Part shown: in pieces, positions 28,331 to 38,368 of the stretch
Layout of the letters: each line of letters opens with the position of its first letter
Numbering within the stretch: position 1 is the stretch's first letter
Source of the DNA: Desulfomicrobium sp.
Lineage (GTDB): Bacteria; Desulfobacterota; Desulfovibrionia; Desulfovibrionales; Desulfomicrobiaceae
DNA: 64,000 nt
Assembly: GCA_040768745.1 (NCBI GenBank)
Contig: JAXGMI010000001.1
Coordinates: 1 to 64,000, forward strand
Direction: 5' to 3'
Program-made: the position numbers and the translations under genes
Notes under the pieces: generated by a model
Database searches by the model: none
The model's input: the letters and a program-made list of their open reading frames with translations, nothing else
What the model was told of the DNA's origin: nothing

Positions 28331-29178
28331 CATTTCTGCAAGCGCGGCACGAAAGCGCACAGCGCCTTGACCAGAATAGGAATCAGATCCTCATGTCGCG
28401 CATTGAAGCGCAACTCGCATTCCTTCAGGTACAGCGGGAAACGGGAGGCTGGCACGCCCCGCATCTGGCGCAGGCGCTGCTTGGTGAACGCCCAGAACGG
28501 CGAGGTTTCCACAGGCAGGCGTTTGTCGTCGTGTCTGATGTATCGGGCCGGCCATAATCCCGGCCCGCAGGAGACAAGCCCCCGATATTGTTTGTACGGT
28601 CCAGTGTATACAACCTGCCCGACACTCCCTGTTTTCATGCAAAAATTGAGCTTCAGACGAAGGATGTCGTTGACGTCAAGGTCCTGGATGAGGTCGCAGA
28701 TTGCCACCTCGTTGATCTCAATGATGCCAAAGACCGGGGAGTTGACCATTTCTGACTCGGAGCGGGGATTGCCTGGACCGGGCCAGATGCCCGCTTCGTA
28801 TATGAGGGATGCGTCCAGGGCTTGGGCCAGGATGGCCCGACGCACCGTGTCGGCCGCCTTGAGCACCGTGGCATAGCTGATGGCCATCTCCCGGGCAATG
28901 CTGACCAAAGGCACATCCAGGACGAAAAGCTTCAGAAACCACAGCCATTGACGCGCGGAAAACGAGCAGCGGTTGAGGAAACGGCGGCTGAAATCATGAA
29001 AGGTGTACCCGCAGCGCCGACACCTTCGTCTGCCGTCTGCCAACGAATAGAATTTCCGGCTTTTGCACGCTGGACAATATCGCTGATGGTTTTTCCAGCA
29101 AAAACCCAACATGAAACGGAAGGCCAAATTTTCTGAAAAAGTCAAATTATTAAAGATTAATATGCTTAATTCAGTCAT
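28330..29178 (-). CDS. IS1595-transposase-derived Zn-ribbon/HTH protein with degenerate DDE domain
   Basis: CPAC..RRRCRRC, IAREMAISYATV HTH, PVFGI, FWAFTKQRL..GV...FPLYLKECELRFNAR. Confidence 0.75.
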   Translation of the reverse strand: MTELSILIFNNLTFSENLAFRFMLGFCWKNHQRYCPACKSRKFYSLADGRRRCRRCGYTFHDFSRRFLNRCSFSARQWLWFLKLFVLDVPLVSIAREMAISYATVLKAADTVRRAILAQALDASLIYEAGIWPGPGNPRSESEMVNSPVFGIIEINEVAICDLIQDLDVNDILRLKLNFCMKTGSVGQVVYTGPYKQYRGLVSCGPGLWPARYIRHDDKRLPVETSPFWAFTKQRLRQMRGVPASRFPLYLKECELRFNARHEDLIPILVKALCAFVPRLQK

Positions 29179-29465
29179 TTATTATGATGTCAGATCGTTT
29201 TGATGTATTTGTTGGATCCGTGGCCCAACATCCGTCACTGCATTTGATGTCAAACAAGGCATAATATCGCACAACTTTGTTTGCCGGAAAAAAAAAAGCA
29301 ATATTTTTATTTTTCAATTAAAAATCAAATTGTTATAATGTTTTAATTATATGTTATTTTTAGTCCAGATCGTTTGGTAGTGGACCGAGCCCCCCTGTCG
29401 AAGGTTGTGCAACGAGTGATACGAAACGCAAACTTAGTGTTCAAATCGAGATAAATGGAGTACTC

Positions 29466-31145
29466 ATGCACATTCCCGAAGGTTCACCCGCCCCAAGTTT
29501 CGCCAGCCCCGTCATCGGACCTTACACCGTTGACCAGTTCATTGAGGCTGCGGCCCGCTTCCATGGCTATGCCGCGCCTGGACTGATCCTCGGCGGATTC
29601 ATGGTCCACGAGGCCAGAAGCCATATAGCCGACGGTGTTCTTTTTGACGCCATCTCCGAAACGGCCTGGTGTCTGCCCGACGCCGTCCAGATGCTCACGC
29701 CCTGCACCGTGGGCAACGGATGGCTGCGCATCTTCAATCTGGGCCTCTACGCCGTCTCCCTGTATGACAAGCACACCGGCAAGGGTGTGCGCGTGGCCGT
29801 GGAGACGGACCTCCTCGAACCCTACCCGACCATCCGGGAGTGGCTGTTCAAGCTCAAGCCCAAGAAGGAGCAGGACAGCGATCGCCTGCGTGAAGAGATA
29901 CGTATCGCCGGAGCATCCATCTGCTCGGTGACCGGAATTTCCCTCAGGCCTGAGTTCATGGGCGGCCGGGGCAAGGGGGCCATTGCGGCCTGCCCGTCCT
30001 GCGGACAGGCCTACCCGGCCCGGGACGGATCTGTGTGCCGCTCCTGCCGGGGCGAATCACCCTATGCGGGCTGGATCGGCGGGCACGACAGCCGGGAATT
30101 GCGTTTTGAAGGGCCCAAGCTGAGGGTCGTCACCGCCGAGGAGGCCGTGGGCGAAAAGGCCCTGCACGACATGACCTGCATCGAGCCCGGGACGAGCAAG
30201 GACGCTGCCTTCGCCCGCGGCCAAGTCCTCGACGTGGGCGATGTCTGCCGTCTGCAGCGCATGGGCCGATTCGAGGTCTACGTGGATGACGGCGAAGAGA
30301 ACGAGCTCTGGATGCACGAAGACGCTGCCGCCCGCGCGCTGGCAAACGCCCTGTCCGGCGATGGAATCGACTGTTCCGGGGACCCGAGAGAGGGCAAGAT
30401 TACAATGATCGCCGAAAGGGACGGCCTCTTCTGCGTCAACGAGGCCGCCCTGGAGGAATTCAATTCCGTACCCGGAGTCATGTGCGCGACCCGTCACTCC
30501 TTCAGCGTGGTCACCAAAGGACAGCAGGTGGCGGCCACGCGGGCCATCCCCCTGTATCTCGAGCGAAACGTGCTGGCCGAAGCGCTCCGGTCCCTGGACG
30601 GAAATCCCGTTCTGGAGATCCGGCCTTTACGCACGCCCAAGGTGGGCATCCTGGTTACAGGCACCGAGGTTTTTCAAGGGTTGATTGAAGATCGCTTCAT
30701 CCCCATCATCACCGCCAAGGTCGAGGCATACGGCTGCCCTGTGGTGGCGTCCGATATCGTGCCTGACGACCGCCATCGCATCTCGGCTTCCGTCCGCGAT
30801 ATGTTGGATCAAGGCGTGGAACTCCTCATCACCACTGCCGGCCTGTCCGTGGACCCGGGAGATGTGACCCGGCTGGGCCTGTCCGACGCGGGTGTTGAGC
30901 ACATGCGCTACGGCACACCCATTTTACCCGGCGCCATGACACTCCTGGCGGACATCGGGAACGTGCATGTCATCGGTGTGCCCGCCTGCGCCCTCTACTT
31001 CAGGACCACGAGCCTGGACATCCTGCTGCCAAGGGTCCTGGCCGGCATGTCTCCCTCCCGGCGCGAGCTGGCCCGCCTGGGTCACGGCGGCATGTGCATG
31101 CAGTGCAAGCGCTGCACCTACCCGAAATGTCCCTTCGGCAAGTGA
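29466..31145 (+). CDS. FmdE-domain / Zn-finger / molybdopterin-binding (MoeA-like) fusion
   Basis: FHGYAAPG..CLPDAVQ..CTVGNG, CPSCG..CRSC, TAGLSVDPGDVT, PGAM, GVPAC, GHGGMC..CPFGK. Confidence 0.85.
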   Translation: MHIPEGSPAPSFASPVIGPYTVDQFIEAAARFHGYAAPGLILGGFMVHEARSHIADGVLFDAISETAWCLPDAVQMLTPCTVGNGWLRIFNLGLYAVSLYDKHTGKGVRVAVETDLLEPYPTIREWLFKLKPKKEQDSDRLREEIRIAGASICSVTGISLRPEFMGGRGKGAIAACPSCGQAYPARDGSVCRSCRGESPYAGWIGGHDSRELRFEGPKLRVVTAEEAVGEKALHDMTCIEPGTSKDAAFARGQVLDVGDVCRLQRMGRFEVYVDDGEENELWMHEDAAARALANALSGDGIDCSGDPREGKITMIAERDGLFCVNEAALEEFNSVPGVMCATRHSFSVVTKGQQVAATRAIPLYLERNVLAEALRSLDGNPVLEIRPLRTPKVGILVTGTEVFQGLIEDRFIPIITAKVEAYGCPVVASDIVPDDRHRISASVRDMLDQGVELLITTAGLSVDPGDVTRLGLSDAGVEHMRYGTPILPGAMTLLADIGNVHVIGVPACALYFRTTSLDILLPRVLAGMSPSRRELARLGHGGMCMQCKRCTYPKCPFGK

Positions 31146-31153
31146 GGACAGGC

Positions 31154-31573
31154 ATGAAGACGCCCACCGTTCGCATGCATTTGTGGCTCGAATCGGGTGA
31201 GAGAGTCTATTTCGGCATGGGCCGACTCATGCTTCTGAACAAAATCGAGGAACACGGTTCCTTGCGCAAGGCTGCGGAGTCCCTGGGCATGTCCTACAGG
31301 GCTGCCTGGGGGAAGCTTCGGGCCACAGAGGAAGCATTGGGTGAAGTCCTGGTGGAGACAATGGGTACAAAACGTGGAGGATGTCGTCTGACTCTGGCCG
31401 GCCGCCGAATCCGTGACAAATTCAGCGCGTGGTTCGAGGCGGTGGAAACTGTGGCCGTCCATCAGGCCAGGATCATTTTTTCCGAGGACGTCCAAAGTTT
31501 CTCCGAAAAAAAGTGTACTCCGAAAAGGGCCAGGCAGGCAGCCATTCCACCGGACTCCCAGGCCCTGCCCTGA
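31154..31573 (+). CDS. ModE-type N-terminal winged-HTH regulator (no TOBE domains)
   Basis: FGMGRLMLL..GSLRKAAESLGMSYRAAW..GGCRLT. Confidence 0.85.
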   Translation: MKTPTVRMHLWLESGERVYFGMGRLMLLNKIEEHGSLRKAAESLGMSYRAAWGKLRATEEALGEVLVETMGTKRGGCRLTLAGRRIRDKFSAWFEAVETVAVHQARIIFSEDVQSFSEKKCTPKRARQAAIPPDSQALP

Positions 31574-31758
31574 TGTCCATCCATGGTCAACCGGCATGTC
31601 CCCGCCCGCGGACGCGACCGTAAGGCGTCCTCAATCAAACAAAAGAAGGTTCCCGAAAGGCAGAAACTCCGTATGCATCCACCAGGGCTCAAAGGCCATC
31701 GACCTCCTCCTGAATGAAGAACCCCTGGCCAAAAAGGTGGTTTTCCCGATTATTTGTG

Positions 31759-31787
31759 TTGACAGAGAGAGAGGAAACACCTAGTGC
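31759..31787 (+). promoter_or_regulatory. Possible sigma70 promoter with a long 5' UTR
   Basis: TTGACA-N17-TAGTGC. Confidence 0.35.
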
Positions 31788-31922
31788 AGGTCGACTTCGG
31801 CGGGAAAGGGGGGCATGGATCTGCCATGGCGGTCCGGCTTTTCGGTCCTGCAACTTCGCTGGTAGCTGTTTCCGGCGGCAGGAAGTTTTTCTACTTTACT
31901 TTTTTCTTTGGAGTTTACTGTC

Positions 31923-32198
31923 TTGTCTACGAACATCTATGTTGGAAATCTGTCGTGGTCCACTTCTGATGCTGATCTGCAGGCCCTGTTCTCCCAGTAC
32001 GGTCAGGTCACATCCGCCCATGTCATTGAAGACCGTGAAACCGGTCGCTCCCGTGGCTTCGGCTTTGTGGAGATGGACGAAGAGGGCGCCCGCAAGTCCA
32101 TTCAGGCCCTCAACGGCGCTGACTATCAGGGCCGCAATCTGAAGGTGAACGAAGCGCAGCCTCGTCAGAGCCGCCCTTCCGGCCGCTCCCGGTACTAG
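31923..32198 (+). CDS. RRM RNA-binding protein
   Basis: IYVGNL (RNP2) and RGFGFVEM (RNP1). TTG start after GGAG. Confidence 0.9.
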   Translation: MSTNIYVGNLSWSTSDADLQALFSQYGQVTSAHVIEDRETGRSRGFGFVEMDEEGARKSIQALNGADYQGRNLKVNEAQPRQSRPSGRSRY

Positions 32199-32206
32199 AA
32201 ACACGC

Positions 32207-32238
32207 AGAAAGCCCGTCCCCGACGGGCTTTCTTTTTT
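32207..32238 (+). terminator. Intrinsic terminator
   Basis: AGAAAGCCCGTC-cc-GACGGGCTTTCT-T5. Confidence 0.8.
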
Positions 32239-32409
32239 GTCACGCCGAGCATTCCCCGCCGATCCCCCGACCCACTCTTCCGTCTCCTGGTTCCCCATCA
32301 CCCGGTTCCCCCCTGTGGGGGTTGATCCTGCATCGCGGCCAGGCACCGCGCGGCCCCGTTGTGCGGAGCAGGTCCCAGGCTCCGTCGCACCGTTCGTCCG
32401 GCGACGATC

Positions 32410-33690
32410 CTAGACTGGCATCTTTCGCACGAGGTATTCCAGATACCTGGATTTGACCTGGGTGCTGGCCATGATCTGCTTGATGGCCGGCAACTTGAGC
32501 ACCACGCCCAGCACGGCGGCCAGGGCGCGATGGTTCCACAGCACGCGGTTGTCGAAGAGCATGTGCTGGAACGTGCCACGTTCAATGGCCATGACCACCG
32601 TGCGGTGGACAGAATTGAGGGGCGTGATGACCCTCTTCTTCCGTGCCCTCAGCGTCAGGCTTTTCTCCGGGCAAGCCCGCACGCAGACCCCGCACCCCAG
32701 ACAGATCTCTTCGTTCACGCGGGCCTTTTTTCTTTTGGGCTGGTGCGGGTCGTTGGCGGAAACGATCCCCATGGCCTCCACCGGACATGCGGCGGCACAT
32801 TTCCCACAGCCGTTGCAGGCCGACTCGTCCACCGCGGGGAGGTAGTTGGAGGTATGCACCGGATGCAGCATGCCGAATTTGCGCGCCGCGATCATGGCCT
32901 CACAGCAGCATCCGCAACAGTTGCAGATGAAGTTCACCCCCTCGCGCACGTTTTCCCCGAATTGGACCAGACCGTGTCCCTGGGCCTGATCGAGAAGATC
33001 CATGCATTCCGGGACGTCCACCAGCCGGGCGTGCCCGTGCTTGGACAGGGACCGGGCCGACGTGTTGAAGGTCATGCAGATGTCCTGGGGGGCGTCGCAA
33101 TGCCGGCCCATATGCTGCATCTTGTGGCGGCAGTAGCAGATACTGATGGCCCGGTGCGAAGCCGTGCGGATGACCTCCGATGCCCGCTCGTAATCGAGCA
33201 CATGGACGCCGATTGCGCCGGGCAGCATGGCCTCCTGCACAAAGACCCGCCCCAGCTGGGTCTCGCCATGGGCGAAAAGGTTGAGGATGAACTCCTCCTC
33301 CACGTTCAGATACTGATAGAACAGTTCGGCCAGGACATGCTGGTCGATGTCCCCGCGGGTGCGCATCATGGAGAACTCGAAGAATCCGGCCATGGGCGGC
33401 GGGAGCACATAGGTGGTCTTTCCGTCGCACTCGATGTCCACCAGCATGGCTCGCCCGGCCAGATCCTCGAGGATGTTCCGGGCCTGGGCACGGTCCATCT
33501 TCCAGACCTCGGCCGCTTTTTCGACCGAAAACGGCCTGATGGGCAACAGGGCGATGAGGCCCGCTTCCCGTTCCGAGAAAAGAATCTTGAGGATCTTGTA
33601 CAGGGAGTCCGAAGGCGGCGCTCCCTGGGGGAAACGGTTCAGACGGTCGACAAGTTCAGCGTATCCAGACTTCTGTGCGATGTGGGACAT
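32410..33690 (-). CDS. 4Fe-4S dicluster domain protein
   Basis: CYCR, ICNCCGCCC, CNGCGKCAAACP, CLGCGVCVRACP. Confidence 0.85.
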   Translation of the reverse strand: MSHIAQKSGYAELVDRLNRFPQGAPPSDSLYKILKILFSEREAGLIALLPIRPFSVEKAAEVWKMDRAQARNILEDLAGRAMLVDIECDGKTTYVLPPPMAGFFEFSMMRTRGDIDQHVLAELFYQYLNVEEEFILNLFAHGETQLGRVFVQEAMLPGAIGVHVLDYERASEVIRTASHRAISICYCRHKMQHMGRHCDAPQDICMTFNTSARSLSKHGHARLVDVPECMDLLDQAQGHGLVQFGENVREGVNFICNCCGCCCEAMIAARKFGMLHPVHTSNYLPAVDESACNGCGKCAAACPVEAMGIVSANDPHQPKRKKARVNEEICLGCGVCVRACPEKSLTLRARKKRVITPLNSVHRTVVMAIERGTFQHMLFDNRVLWNHRALAAVLGVVLKLPAIKQIMASTQVKSRYLEYLVRKMPV

Positions 33691-33773
33691 ATAGCCTCGC
33701 TGACAAACTTGTGCGCCAATGTCACCGATGGTGGCCCTGATATGCGCATGTTGTCATTTGCGGTGCACCCGCC

Positions 33774-34739
33774 TCAGTACCAGTATCCCCACCAGCCTCC
33801 GCGGGGCTTTGGCCGCAGGGAAACATGCGGGAAGGACGGCCGTGAGAATTCATAGCTGTCTGACCTGGAGGGGTGCTCGCTGCGCTCGAGGTCCAGAAGG
33901 CGCTGCACCCGTTCCTCTGTGGACGGATGGGTCCGCAGCCAGGACGGTTCCGGAACGCCCTGGCCGGGAAAAAGAATGCGCTGCCAAAATCCGCTTTGCA
34001 CGCGCTCCAGCTTGACCAGGGCCGAGGCCAGCCCCTCGGGATCCTCGGTCAACGCCGCTGCGCCCAAATCCGCGTCGAACTCGCGTGTGCGGGAAAGCCC
34101 GAGCTGGGCCAGGGTGCTGACGTGCGGGGCCAGGGCCAGCAGCACCAGCGGCCACCAATGCACGGTTCCGCCGGCCAGGGCCTGCGGCAGGGAGATGAAT
34201 ATCAAAACCAACCCCGTGAAACTCATGGCCGAGGTGATGCGGGAAATGGTGTCGGCCAGGCCCATGACAAAGAGGTCCCCATGGGCGATGTGCGAGATCT
34301 CATGGGCCATGACCGCCACCAGCTCGCGCGGGGACAGGGTGCGCAGGAGGCCTTCGGTCACGGCGATGGCGGACTCGGTTCTGCCACCCACGGCAAAAGC
34401 ATTGACCATGGGACTGGGCACCCACCACAGGCTGGGTGCCCGGGAAAGGCCGGCCCGGCTGGCCAATGCCCCCAGGGCATCGTGGTATTGCGGGGCCTGC
34501 TGGTAGGACACAGGACGGGCAGAGTAGAGTTTCAGAACCCACCGCCCAGAAACCTGAGGTGAAAAGATGAGCAGAAAAACGCCCCAGACCAGGACGAACC
34601 ACAGTCCGTCAGGACCCCACAGCAGCCAGCCCGCCAGCCCCGCATACCCGGTCATGAGGGCCAGGAGCAGCAATGTCTGCATGCGGTTCAGCCCGCGGTG
34701 GGAGGAAAAACGCTGCGGATCGACGGCTGTTCCGTGCAT
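33774..34739 (-). CDS. HtpX-like M48 zinc metalloprotease
   Basis: NAFAVG, HEISH, REFDAD, THPSTEER. Confidence 0.88.
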   Translation of the reverse strand: MHGTAVDPQRFSSHRGLNRMQTLLLLALMTGYAGLAGWLLWGPDGLWFVLVWGVFLLIFSPQVSGRWVLKLYSARPVSYQQAPQYHDALGALASRAGLSRAPSLWWVPSPMVNAFAVGGRTESAIAVTEGLLRTLSPRELVAVMAHEISHIAHGDLFVMGLADTISRITSAMSFTGLVLIFISLPQALAGGTVHWWPLVLLALAPHVSTLAQLGLSRTREFDADLGAAALTEDPEGLASALVKLERVQSGFWQRILFPGQGVPEPSWLRTHPSTEERVQRLLDLERSEHPSRSDSYEFSRPSFPHVSLRPKPRGGWWGYWY

Positions 34740-34843
34740 GCCTGGCTCCGAGGGGTGATGCAGGTGACGGGCGGAAAAAACATGCTACTGAATAAACACG
34801 GTCGCCACAACAGCAGGTTCAGCGAGGGCAGCGAAATCCAAGG

Positions 34844-35839
34844 TCAGTGCACGCGGATCACGACTTTGCCCAGGGCCAGTCCGCTGTCCAGGAACTCGTG
34901 AGCCTGGGCAATTTCCTCCAGACAAAACACCTTGCCCGGCAAAGGCCGGATCTTTCCGGTTTGGACCAAGTCAGCCAGCAGGGCCATGATCTGGCCGTGG
35001 CGTTCCCGGCCCTGGCCGGTAATGAGTGGCAGCAGCATGAAGACCACGGACAGGGTCAGGCCCTTGGCGTGCAGGGGCGAAAGATCGTGGGTGGAGCGGG
35101 TGTTGGTGGAGACGACAATTCCGCCCGCTCGGGCGGCCAGAAAGGATGCATCCAGATTGGTCCCGCCCACGGTATCGAAGACAATGTCGAAGCCTTGTCC
35201 CCCGGTCAGTCTGGAAACATACTCCTGGGGCTTCTCCTCGCGGTAGTTGATGATCTCGTCCGCACCCAGGGATTTGGCCAGCTCGGCCTTGCCGGCCGAG
35301 GATACGGTTGTGGCCACCCGGGCCCCGCGGGACTTGGCCAGTTGCACGGCCACGTGCCCCACTCCGCCTGTCCCGGCATGGATGAGCGCGGATTGTCCGG
35401 CCTGGATCCGGGCCCGGTCGAAAAGCGCATCCCAGGCCGTGATGCCCACCAGAGGCAGGGCCGCAGCCTCAACCATGGTCAGGTTCGCCGGTTTCAGGGC
35501 CAGAAGTCTGGCGTCGGCGAGGGTGAATTGGGCCAGCGCCCCAGGCATGTCGGTCAGCCCTCCTGCACAGCCGAAAACCTCGTCGCCAGGCTTGAAGTCC
35601 GTGACCCCCTGGCCCACGGATTCGACGGTCCCGGCCACGTCCATGCCCAGAATGGCAGGCAGGGCCGGCGCGAAGACCGGTCGCATTTTCCTGATTTTGA
35701 TGTCGATGGGGTTGACGCTGGTCGCCGCCACGCGGACCAGCACATGACCGGGCTTCAGGGCCGGCAGGGGGATCTCGGCCAGATGAAAATCAGGCTTCTC
35801 CCCGTAGCTATGCAGGAGCTGCGCTTTCATGGTTTCCAT
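34844..35839 (-). CDS. MDR-family NADPH:quinone oxidoreductase
   Basis: SVNPID, LGMDVAG, HAGTGGVG, GKVVI. Confidence 0.85.
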   Translation of the reverse strand: METMKAQLLHSYGEKPDFHLAEIPLPALKPGHVLVRVAATSVNPIDIKIRKMRPVFAPALPAILGMDVAGTVESVGQGVTDFKPGDEVFGCAGGLTDMPGALAQFTLADARLLALKPANLTMVEAAALPLVGITAWDALFDRARIQAGQSALIHAGTGGVGHVAVQLAKSRGARVATTVSSAGKAELAKSLGADEIINYREEKPQEYVSRLTGGQGFDIVFDTVGGTNLDASFLAARAGGIVVSTNTRSTHDLSPLHAKGLTLSVVFMLLPLITGQGRERHGQIMALLADLVQTGKIRPLPGKVFCLEEIAQAHEFLDSGLALGKVVIRVH

Positions 35840-37488
35840 GGCTCGTCCTCACCATCTTGCAGGTACATCTCGCGCATGGCCACCTTGTTGGTCTTGCCCA
35901 CGCTGGTCCTGACGATGGCCTCGACCAGTTTGGCCTTGACCAGGATGGCCTCCCTGGACAGCACGCCCTTGTCCACGAATCCCTTCACATACTGCGCAAT
36001 TTCCTTTTCCTGCAGGTGCGCCCCCTTTTTGGGCACGACCAGGGCCAACGGCGTCTCCCCCCAGCGCAGATTGGGTTTGGCCACAACAGCCACCTCGGCC
36101 ACGCTGGGATGCTGCAGGATGATGTCCTCCAGTTCCAACGAACTGACCCATTCCCCGCCGACCTTGATCACATCCTTGGTCCGGTCGGTGATCCGGATGC
36201 TGCCGTTCTCGTTCCGGCAGGCCACATCGCCGGTATTCAGCCAGCCGTCAGTCCACAGCTTTTTCGAGTTGTGCTCGTCCTTCAGATAGGCCTGGGTCAG
36301 CCACGGAGCCCGGACCTGCAGGGCTCCCGGGGTTCTGTCGTCATCAGGCACCTCCTGACCCTTGTCATCCGTCAGGCGCATGTGGACCATGGGCAGGGGC
36401 TTGCCGGTCCGGGTCCGCAGGCCGATCTGGGTCTGGCGATCCAGGTCCATCTCTGCGTCGGAAAGCTGGGATAGACTCAGAATGGGGCAGGTCTCAGACA
36501 TTCCATAGCCGGTGAACACATCGATCCCCCGGTCCAGGGCCGCAGCGCAGACCGACTTGGGCAGGGCCCCGCCGCCGATGATTACCTTCCATCCCCCAAG
36601 GTCGTACTGGGCGCACTTGGGATCGGAAAGGAGCATGTGCAGGATGGTCGGCACGCAGTGGCTGAAGGTCACCCTTTCCGTGGCGATGAGCCGGGCCAGG
36701 GCCTCGGGCACATATTTTCCGGGATAGACCTGCTTCACCCCGAGCATGGTGGCCATGTACGGGACGCCCCAGGCGTGAACATGGAACATGGGGGTCATGG
36801 GCATGTACACGTCTTCGCGGTGGAAACGGCCCTGGGTCGCGTTGGAGCCCAAGGCCGCAAGCCCGGCCAGGGTGTGCAGGACAAGTTGGCGGTGGCTGAA
36901 GAAGACCCCTTTGGGCAGCCCCGTGGTCCCGGTGGTGTAGAACGTGGTGGCCCTGGTGTTTTCGTCCAGGTCCGGGAATGCGCAGAGTGGCTCGCTGGTC
37001 GCCAGCAACTCCTCGTATTCCCCGGACAGGGACAGGAGGGTCTGCGGGATTTTGCCCGTGTCCGAAAGGAGGATGCAGCTCCGAACCGTATCCAGCCTGC
37101 CCCTGATCTGTTCAAGCAGGGGGAGAAGTTCCTCGTGAACCAGGATGACGTCATCCTCGGCATGGCCGATGGTGTAGACCATCTGTTCCGGGGAAAGACG
37201 GATGTTGACGGTATGCAGAACCGCGCCGATCATGGGTACTGCATAGTAGCATTCGAGATACCGGTGACTGTCAAAATCCATGACGGCCACGGTATCGCCG
37301 GGCTGCACACCCTGCGCCAGAAGCATGGCGGCCAGCCTGGCCACCCGTTCCCGGAACCGGGCATAGCTGAAGCGGACGCTTCCCGCATAGACGATTTCCT
37401 GGTCCGGATGGTCCTGGATCGGGGCCGAAAACAGGTTCTTGATCAGCAATTGCTGGGTCTGGCTGCCGTATGATAAGGGCATGGACAT
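35827..37488 (-). CDS. Medium/long-chain acyl-CoA ligase
   Basis: YTTGTTGLPKG, GYGMSET, TGD, DRTKDVIKVGGEW. Confidence 0.9.
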   Translation of the reverse strand: MSMPLSYGSQTQQLLIKNLFSAPIQDHPDQEIVYAGSVRFSYARFRERVARLAAMLLAQGVQPGDTVAVMDFDSHRYLECYYAVPMIGAVLHTVNIRLSPEQMVYTIGHAEDDVILVHEELLPLLEQIRGRLDTVRSCILLSDTGKIPQTLLSLSGEYEELLATSEPLCAFPDLDENTRATTFYTTGTTGLPKGVFFSHRQLVLHTLAGLAALGSNATQGRFHREDVYMPMTPMFHVHAWGVPYMATMLGVKQVYPGKYVPEALARLIATERVTFSHCVPTILHMLLSDPKCAQYDLGGWKVIIGGGALPKSVCAAALDRGIDVFTGYGMSETCPILSLSQLSDAEMDLDRQTQIGLRTRTGKPLPMVHMRLTDDKGQEVPDDDRTPGALQVRAPWLTQAYLKDEHNSKKLWTDGWLNTGDVACRNENGSIRITDRTKDVIKVGGEWVSSLELEDIILQHPSVAEVAVVAKPNLRWGETPLALVVPKKGAHLQEKEIAQYVKGFVDKGVLSREAILVKAKLVEAIVRTSVGKTNKVAMREMYLQDGEDEPWKP

Positions 37489-38368
37489 CTGTTCCTCGCA
37501 ACGGTTCATTGAGATCGGGATCAACCTCGGTCACTTCCCGACAAATACTGAAGCCGGGTATTCTTTGCAAACCGCATGTGTCCCGCCAGCTCATTGAATT
37601 TCATGTATTTTAAATGATACCCATGAATCGTCGTGGTTTGTTGTCCAGCAGATCCACACCAATCGCGACCCGAGGCGCATGGTTCCTCGAACCCGCGCCC
37701 CCTGAGTTTCTGTGCCACGACATGGACCCAGAGCGAAAAATGAGGATGACTGTTTCGGGACGCAGGCGCGTGCCACTTTCAGCCGGACGAACAGGCAGCA
37801 GATTTTTCTGGAAAATCTGCCCAGAACGCCCCCTGCTTCGGCCTGATTATTGCTTAATATGACAACGGTGTCGCGAATCCGGCAACCTTCCTGCGGCAGG
37901 TCTATGACCTGCCCGCGCGATATGGAAAGGCGGGCGCATCCCCTCGACATTCCCGCCCCTCACGTTGCAGCCTGGGCATCCCGCAGCCTCATGTCCTGGA
38001 CAATCCGAGCGTAAGGGTTCTGCAGCAACAACGTATCATATCGATATCGCTATGAAAATTATTCAATATCAAAATTCGTCCCAGCCCATGGGTCCTGCCC
38101 GTGCCCCACTGCACAGAGAAGTCCCGACCCGGCCCGCCGGACAAAAAATCGAACTTCCTGACGAATTTTGCGCTCCTGCTCCGCGTATCCGCCATTGCCG
38201 GCCTGCTGCGCGTCGCTCACCCGGTGAGCTGACTCCCGTGTCCGCAAGTCCTTTCTGGCACATCAGCACCCCTGCATCGGCTCCACAGGCAAAGACACGA
38301 CCGGGGGCTCACTCTTTTCACTATGACCGCCTCCGCCGGGATGGCTGAACGATAAACAAACGACACTT

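Noticed and set aside
37520..38360. Hidden gene or ncRNA in the 850-bp gap
   Set aside because: The ORFs lack RBS and motifs. Only weak sigma54-like matches were found.
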